Assembly: GCF_038871235.1 (NCBI RefSeq)
Contig: NZ_JAVZIN010000016.1
Location: 1-10,941, forward strand
From: Candidatus Hadarchaeum sp.
Lineage (GTDB): Archaea; Hadarchaeota; Hadarchaeia; Hadarchaeales; Hadarchaeaceae
DNA length: 10,941 bases
Direction of reading: 5' to 3'
Part shown: in pieces, positions 6,754 to 10,941 of the stretch
How positions within the stretch are numbered: the stretch's first letter is position 1
Layout of the letters: every line of letters begins with the position of its first letter
The notes under the pieces: model-generated
The model's input: only the letters and a program-made list of their open reading frames with translations
Database searches by the model: none
What the model was told of the DNA's origin: nothing
Made by a program: the position numbers and the translations under genes

Positions 6754-8013
6754 ATGAAAACTATGAACCAACTTTTATCTGAAGTAGACGAAAGAAAGGA
6801 AGAACTCTTGAAATATGCTGCCAAGTTGATCTCATTCAAAACTCCGAACCCTCCGGCAAAAAACACGTTACCCTTGCAAAAGTGGCTGGCAAGCGAAATG
6901 AAGAAGACTGGGATGCAAGTGAAAATGGTCGATGTCTACCCAGGTGAACCTGATCTAGTTGGCACACTCGAAGGTAAAAAAGGTGGAAAAACCCTCGCCT
7001 TTAACGGCCATGTTGATGTGGCTGAGGTAAAAGAGGATGAAAAGTGGGACTTTAATCCTTTCAAAGGGTTTTACGATGATCAGTACCTTTACGGACGCGG
7101 CTCAACTGATATGAAAGGCGGCCTCGCTGCTGCACTCTTTGCAGTAAAAATTATCGCTGAAAGTGGATTAGAACTGAAACACAACCTGATGATTCAATCG
7201 GTAATCGGTGAAGAAGCTGGTGAACCGGGAACAAAAAGACTGCTGGAAAAAGGATACAGGTGCGACTTTGCCTTGATTCCCGAACCAAACGGATTAGAGG
7301 TCCAAGGGCAAGGTGGAGTCATTACCTTCTGGATCAAAATAAAAAGCCCAGAGGTCTACCACGACGCCGTCAGACACAAGATGATCCACGCCGGTGGCGG
7401 GGTTGAAGCAGCCAACACCATAGAAAAGATGTGTAAGATCATTGAAGGCATGCAGGAACTCGAGAGACATTGGGGGGTTATGAAAAAATATCCTAGAGTT
7501 TCCCCAGGGATCACCACCTTAAATCCGTCCGTGATCGAGGGGGGTAGAAACCCGATATTCATACCTGATGAATGCAAGATATGGTACACGGCCCACTTTT
7601 TACCAAATGAAAACGTTGAAGACATCAAAAAGGAAATAACAGATCACGTAATAAACGTCGCCAAAGCTGATGTCTGGCTGCGAAAACATCCGCCGGAAAT
7701 CACGTGGGGCGGCGAATCGCTAGTCAGGGAAAAAGGGGAAGTATTTCCATCGGCGGACATTGACGAAAACAACCCATATGTTAAACTTCTGCTTCAAGTG
7801 AGGGAAAAAATATTGGGGAAGAAGCCGGAGGTTTCAATATGGCCATCCGTCTCAGACGCTGGTTGGTTTTCAAAGTTCGGTATACCATCGGCCATTTGCG
7901 GTCCGGGCAGGATTGAAGACGCGCACATAATCAATGAAAAAATAAGCGTTAAAGAACTCGTCGACGCTGCCAAGCTCTACGCGGCCTACATACTGGCCTT
8001 CAACGAAAAATAG
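6754..8013 (+). CDS. ylmB: M20 (ArgE/DapE) family metallo-deacylase, YlmB-like (formylaminopyrimidine deformylase)
   Basis: M20 metal motifs NGHVD, GRGSTDMKGG, GEE and AH..NE. Subfamily-like strings recalled from Bacillus YlmB: TP.PPA.NT, DVYPG, HVDVAEVKEDE, QGQGGVIT, MIHAGGG, ELERHW, IEGGR, WGG.S...GE.FP. The symbol rests on recall, not a search. Confidence 0.8.
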   Translation: MKTMNQLLSEVDERKEELLKYAAKLISFKTPNPPAKNTLPLQKWLASEMKKTGMQVKMVDVYPGEPDLVGTLEGKKGGKTLAFNGHVDVAEVKEDEKWDFNPFKGFYDDQYLYGRGSTDMKGGLAAALFAVKIIAESGLELKHNLMIQSVIGEEAGEPGTKRLLEKGYRCDFALIPEPNGLEVQGQGGVITFWIKIKSPEVYHDAVRHKMIHAGGGVEAANTIEKMCKIIEGMQELERHWGVMKKYPRVSPGITTLNPSVIEGGRNPIFIPDECKIWYTAHFLPNENVEDIKKEITDHVINVAKADVWLRKHPPEITWGGESLVREKGEVFPSADIDENNPYVKLLLQVREKILGKKPEVSIWPSVSDAGWFSKFGIPSAICGPGRIEDAHIINEKISVKELVDAAKLYAAYILAFNEK

Positions 8014-8025
8014 TAGGTAAGAGCA

Positions 8026-8409
8026 ATGAGGAAAATTTTCCAGATAAAAGACATGCCCCCAGCAGTAGGATACTCGCGCGCCATAAGAGCGGGTAACTTT
8101 CTCTTTGTCTGCGCCCAAGTTCCGGAAAACGCTAAAGGCGAAACAGTTAGTGAAGGCGACTTCGAAACACAGGCAAGACAAGTATTTTACAACTTGGAGA
8201 AAGTCGTGACTGAAGCTGGAGGAAATCTGAGCAACATTGTTGAACTGACTGCTTTTTTAACGGACATGAAAAACTTGGATATATTTAGAAAAGTCAGGGG
8301 AGAGTATTTTAAGGACTATTGGCCTGTTTGCACAATCGTGGAAGTAAGCAGGCTTCTATCCGAAAAGTGGATGATCGCTGTAAAGGCGGTTGCGTATTTT
8401 GATGAATGA
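8026..8409 (+). CDS. Rid (YjgF/YER057c/UK114) family protein
   Basis: 127 aa with YSRAIRAGNFLFV, QARQVFYNL..V..AGG.LSNIV, FLTDM and P..TIVEVSRL. Confidence 0.9.
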   Translation: MRKIFQIKDMPPAVGYSRAIRAGNFLFVCAQVPENAKGETVSEGDFETQARQVFYNLEKVVTEAGGNLSNIVELTAFLTDMKNLDIFRKVRGEYFKDYWPVCTIVEVSRLLSEKWMIAVKAVAYFDE

Positions 8410-8461
8410 ATCTCACAAGGCTTAAGACAATAAAACCTCAACGAATAACGAGGTACTGTTA

Positions 8462-9604
8462 ATGTTTGAGTTCAGAATAGTCCCCAAGATAATTTTTGGT
8501 CCGGGCAGCATTGACAAGACTGCTGAAGAATTGAGAGCTCTTGGCGGAAACAGGATTTTAATCGTCACTGATAAGGGATTGATAAAAACTGATCTGGTTA
8601 AAAAACTGGTTGAATCTCTAAAAGGACTTGACCTAGCTGTCTTCGATGGTGTGGAACCAAATCCCAAGGATAAAGATGTGGAGAATGGATTGAGGATTTT
8701 GAAAGAAAAAAATTGCGATTTAGTTGTAGGTATCGGCGGGGGGAGCCCGATGGATGTGGCTAAAATTATCTCTGCCATGGCAACCAATCCGGGAAACTTA
8801 TGGGAATACCGAGGGATTGATAAATTCAAATTCCCATCTTTACCACTGCTCCTGATTCCAACCACTGCAGGAACTGGTAGCGAGGTCAGCCGCGCGGCAA
8901 TGATAACTGCCAGTGCAGAAAAGAAAAAAACCCTGTTTTTAAGCTGGCATCTCACCGCAAGGACAGCCATTCTGGATCCTGAGCTGACCCTAAAGCTACC
9001 GCCAAGTATCACGATTTGGTCGGGGATGGACGCGCTCTCCCACGCCATTGAATCCTATATATCAAAAATGGCCAATCCTTTGACCGACATTTATGCTGAA
9101 AAGGCCATTGAATTGATCGTGAACAACATCGAAACAGCAGTAAAAAATGGCAACGAGATTGAAACTCGATCCAATATGCTCCTTGGCAGTCTGTTAGCAG
9201 GAATAGCCACCGCCAATGCTAGGTTGGGCAACGTTCACGGGCTGGCCCATGCTATAGGGGGCAAGTACGATCTGCCGCACGGTTTGCTCTGTGGTGTACT
9301 GCTTCCAGTCGTGATGTATCATAATTTGAAATTTTGTGTGGAAAAGCTTCGAAAAATCGCCGCAATATTGGGTGAAGATGTCAGTCATCTCCCATCTGAG
9401 AAAGGTGCTAAAAGGGCTGTGGAATTAATCAAAGAACTGGGTAAAAAGTTAGGATTGCCTGAAAAGCTTGAGGATATCGGAGTGAAAAATGAGGATATCG
9501 CTGAACTGGTAGAAAAAACTGATATAATACCCTCGAACCCCAGACCTACTTCTAAGGAGGACTTATTCGACCTTTACAGGATGGCTATCACAGGCTCCTT
9601 TTAA
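8462..9604 (+). CDS. Iron-containing (group III) alcohol dehydrogenase
   Basis: IVTDKGL, VEPNP, GGGSPMD, PTTAGTGSE and metal ligands DALSH, HGLAH, PHG. GAGGT SD upstream. Confidence 0.95.
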   Translation: MFEFRIVPKIIFGPGSIDKTAEELRALGGNRILIVTDKGLIKTDLVKKLVESLKGLDLAVFDGVEPNPKDKDVENGLRILKEKNCDLVVGIGGGSPMDVAKIISAMATNPGNLWEYRGIDKFKFPSLPLLLIPTTAGTGSEVSRAAMITASAEKKKTLFLSWHLTARTAILDPELTLKLPPSITIWSGMDALSHAIESYISKMANPLTDIYAEKAIELIVNNIETAVKNGNEIETRSNMLLGSLLAGIATANARLGNVHGLAHAIGGKYDLPHGLLCGVLLPVVMYHNLKFCVEKLRKIAAILGEDVSHLPSEKGAKRAVELIKELGKKLGLPEKLEDIGVKNEDIAELVEKTDIIPSNPRPTSKEDLFDLYRMAITGSF

Positions 9605-10941
9605 AACGGTAGGGGTTTGATGTACTTCTTTCGTCTCTCCAGCAGGTCCGCCGCCAGCTCCCCATGCCTTCTGATGATCTCGCCCAGATCCATCGTCTTC
9701 AGCCTGCGGCCCTCGACGACGACCTGGCCATCGACCATCACCGTGTCCACCGAGTTGCCCAACGAGGAATAAACCAGGTTCTGGCAGATGTTGGAGTACT
9801 CGCCGAAGTGGATGGGCCTCATGTTGGGGACGTTCAGGTCGATGAGGATGATGTCGGCCTTCTTGCCCACCTCTATGGAGCCGATCTCCCTCTCCATCCC
9901 CAGCGCCTTGGCTCCGTTCAGCGTCGCCATCTCCAGCACCTGCATCGCCGGCATCTTGGAGGCATCGGTGAACCTCGACTTCTGGGCCAGTGAGGCGAAC
10001 TTCATCGTCTCAAACATATTAACCGTATTGTTACATGGGGCATCATCCGTTCCCAAGCCAACGTTAACCCCGAGTTCAACCAGTTCAGGTATTTTGGCGA
10101 GCCCGTTTCCCAGCTTGGCGTTGGAGACTGGATTGTGTGAGATGTGGGTCCCGGTTTCCGCGTAGAGCCTCATCTCCCGTTCTGAAAGCCAGACGCAGTG
10201 GGCCGCAACTACATCGGGGCCCATGACGCCGAATTCATAAGCACGCTCCGTGGGCCTCTTACCATATTTTTCCAAACATGTAGCTACTTCTCCCTTTGAC
10301 TCGTTGAGGTGGATGTGTATTCCGGTTTTATATCTATCAGCAAGCTCTCTTGTTCTCTGAAGAAATTCATCGGAACAAAGCGGGAGCCATTCAACTCCCA
10401 GCCAGACCTTCACTCTTCCGCTTGTTGATTTTATTTCTCTGATCGCCTTTTCGTTATCATCAAGACTCTCCAAACCTTCAACCAAATCTGCTGTAGTGCT
10501 TGAAAGAACTGATTTAATTCCTACCTTCTCTGCCGCTTTAGCGCAACTTTGAAGCTTGATATACATGTCATTTACGATCGTAGTTCCGGAAAGCAAGGCC
10601 TCTGCATAGGCAAGTAAGGCTGTGTAATAAACGTCCTCATCTGTCATTGCTTTCAACATGGGATAATAAAGGCTGTCAAGCCACTCCTCCAAGCCCATGT
10701 GTTCTCCAACGCTCCTAGACATGTTGTCAGAGTGAAAATGGAGGTTCACCAGTCCGGGCATCACCACCTTATCTTCGGCATCGATAACAGTGTCTGGCTT
10801 GTGCCTCCGCCTCACCTCGGCAGCAACACCAACATCAACGATTCTATCTCCTTCAACCAGAACTGAGGCGTTCCTGAGGATCTCGCGCTTGGGATTCATG
10901 GTGACAACAATTCCATTATCGATCAAAATTCTTTCCGCCAT
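9601..10941 (-). CDS. Amidohydrolase-1 family deaminase (MtaD/TrzA/AtzA-like; nucleoside or N-heterocycle deaminase)
   Basis: PGLVNLHFH, SGTT, HIHLNE, AHCVW, HNPVSNAKL, GLGTDD, MATLNGAKALG and GSIEVGKKADI. Confidence 0.9.
   Translation of the reverse strand: MAERILIDNGIVVTMNPKREILRNASVLVEGDRIVDVGVAAEVRRRHKPDTVIDAEDKVVMPGLVNLHFHSDNMSRSVGEHMGLEEWLDSLYYPMLKAMTDEDVYYTALLAYAEALLSGTTIVNDMYIKLQSCAKAAEKVGIKSVLSSTTADLVEGLESLDDNEKAIREIKSTSGRVKVWLGVEWLPLCSDEFLQRTRELADRYKTGIHIHLNESKGEVATCLEKYGKRPTERAYEFGVMGPDVVAAHCVWLSEREMRLYAETGTHISHNPVSNAKLGNGLAKIPELVELGVNVGLGTDDAPCNNTVNMFETMKFASLAQKSRFTDASKMPAMQVLEMATLNGAKALGMEREIGSIEVGKKADIILIDLNVPNMRPIHFGEYSNICQNLVYSSLGNSVDTVMVDGQVVVEGRRLKTMDLGEIIRRHGELAADLLERRKKYIKPLPF
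10815..10941. repeat. 127-bp exact direct terminal repeat, right copy
   Basis: Identical to 1..127; ends exactly at the deaminase start codon. Confidence 0.97.

Noticed and set aside
8422-9048. 208-aa antisense ORF and the other short overlapping ORFs (e.g. 4381..4803, 3526..3867, 9664..9993, 9788..10165)
   Set aside because: They are shadows of well-supported genes on the opposite strand or in another frame, with no recognisable motifs.
1-10941. Plasmid or virus
   Set aside because: No replication, capsid, integrase or conjugation gene is recognisable. All coding space is metabolic or IS.
1-10941. CRISPR arrays, tRNA/rRNA genes, riboswitches
   Set aside because: Intergenic gaps are 160 bp or less and show no repeat-spacer, cloverleaf or TPP/Moco/Wco consensus that I can recognise. 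A covariance-model search was not possible.

Overview
An archaeal-style catabolic gene cluster (TATA/BRE-like elements ~25-30 nt before starts, GGTG/GGGGT-type Shine-Dalgarno sites, tungsten-type AOR with MoaD), arranged as two divergent arms. The minus-strand arm holds MoaD/ThiS, a 4x[4Fe-4S] electron-transfer subunit, an aldehyde:ferredoxin oxidoreductase family enzyme, an ACMSD/IDCase-like amidohydrolase, a CUT2-type ABC ATPase and the start of an MtaD/TrzA-like deaminase. The plus-strand arm holds a YlmB-like M20 deformylase, a Rid-family protein and an iron-containing alcohol dehydrogenase. A complete, GC-rich 1025-bp IS5-family element (17/18-bp TIRs, 9-bp TSD) sits between moaD and the ferredoxin gene. 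Its transposase is split by a -1 shift at a slippery heptamer, has no stop codon of its own and runs in frame into the ferredoxin. The first 127 nt are identical to the last 127 nt, so this is a circular or looped contig, or the deaminase gene is duplicated around the cluster. The best candidate for a new system is an inferred anaerobic, tungsten-dependent route for stripping the C5 substituent from aminopyrimidines such as thiamin breakdown products. All assignments come from motif recognition and recall; no searches were run.
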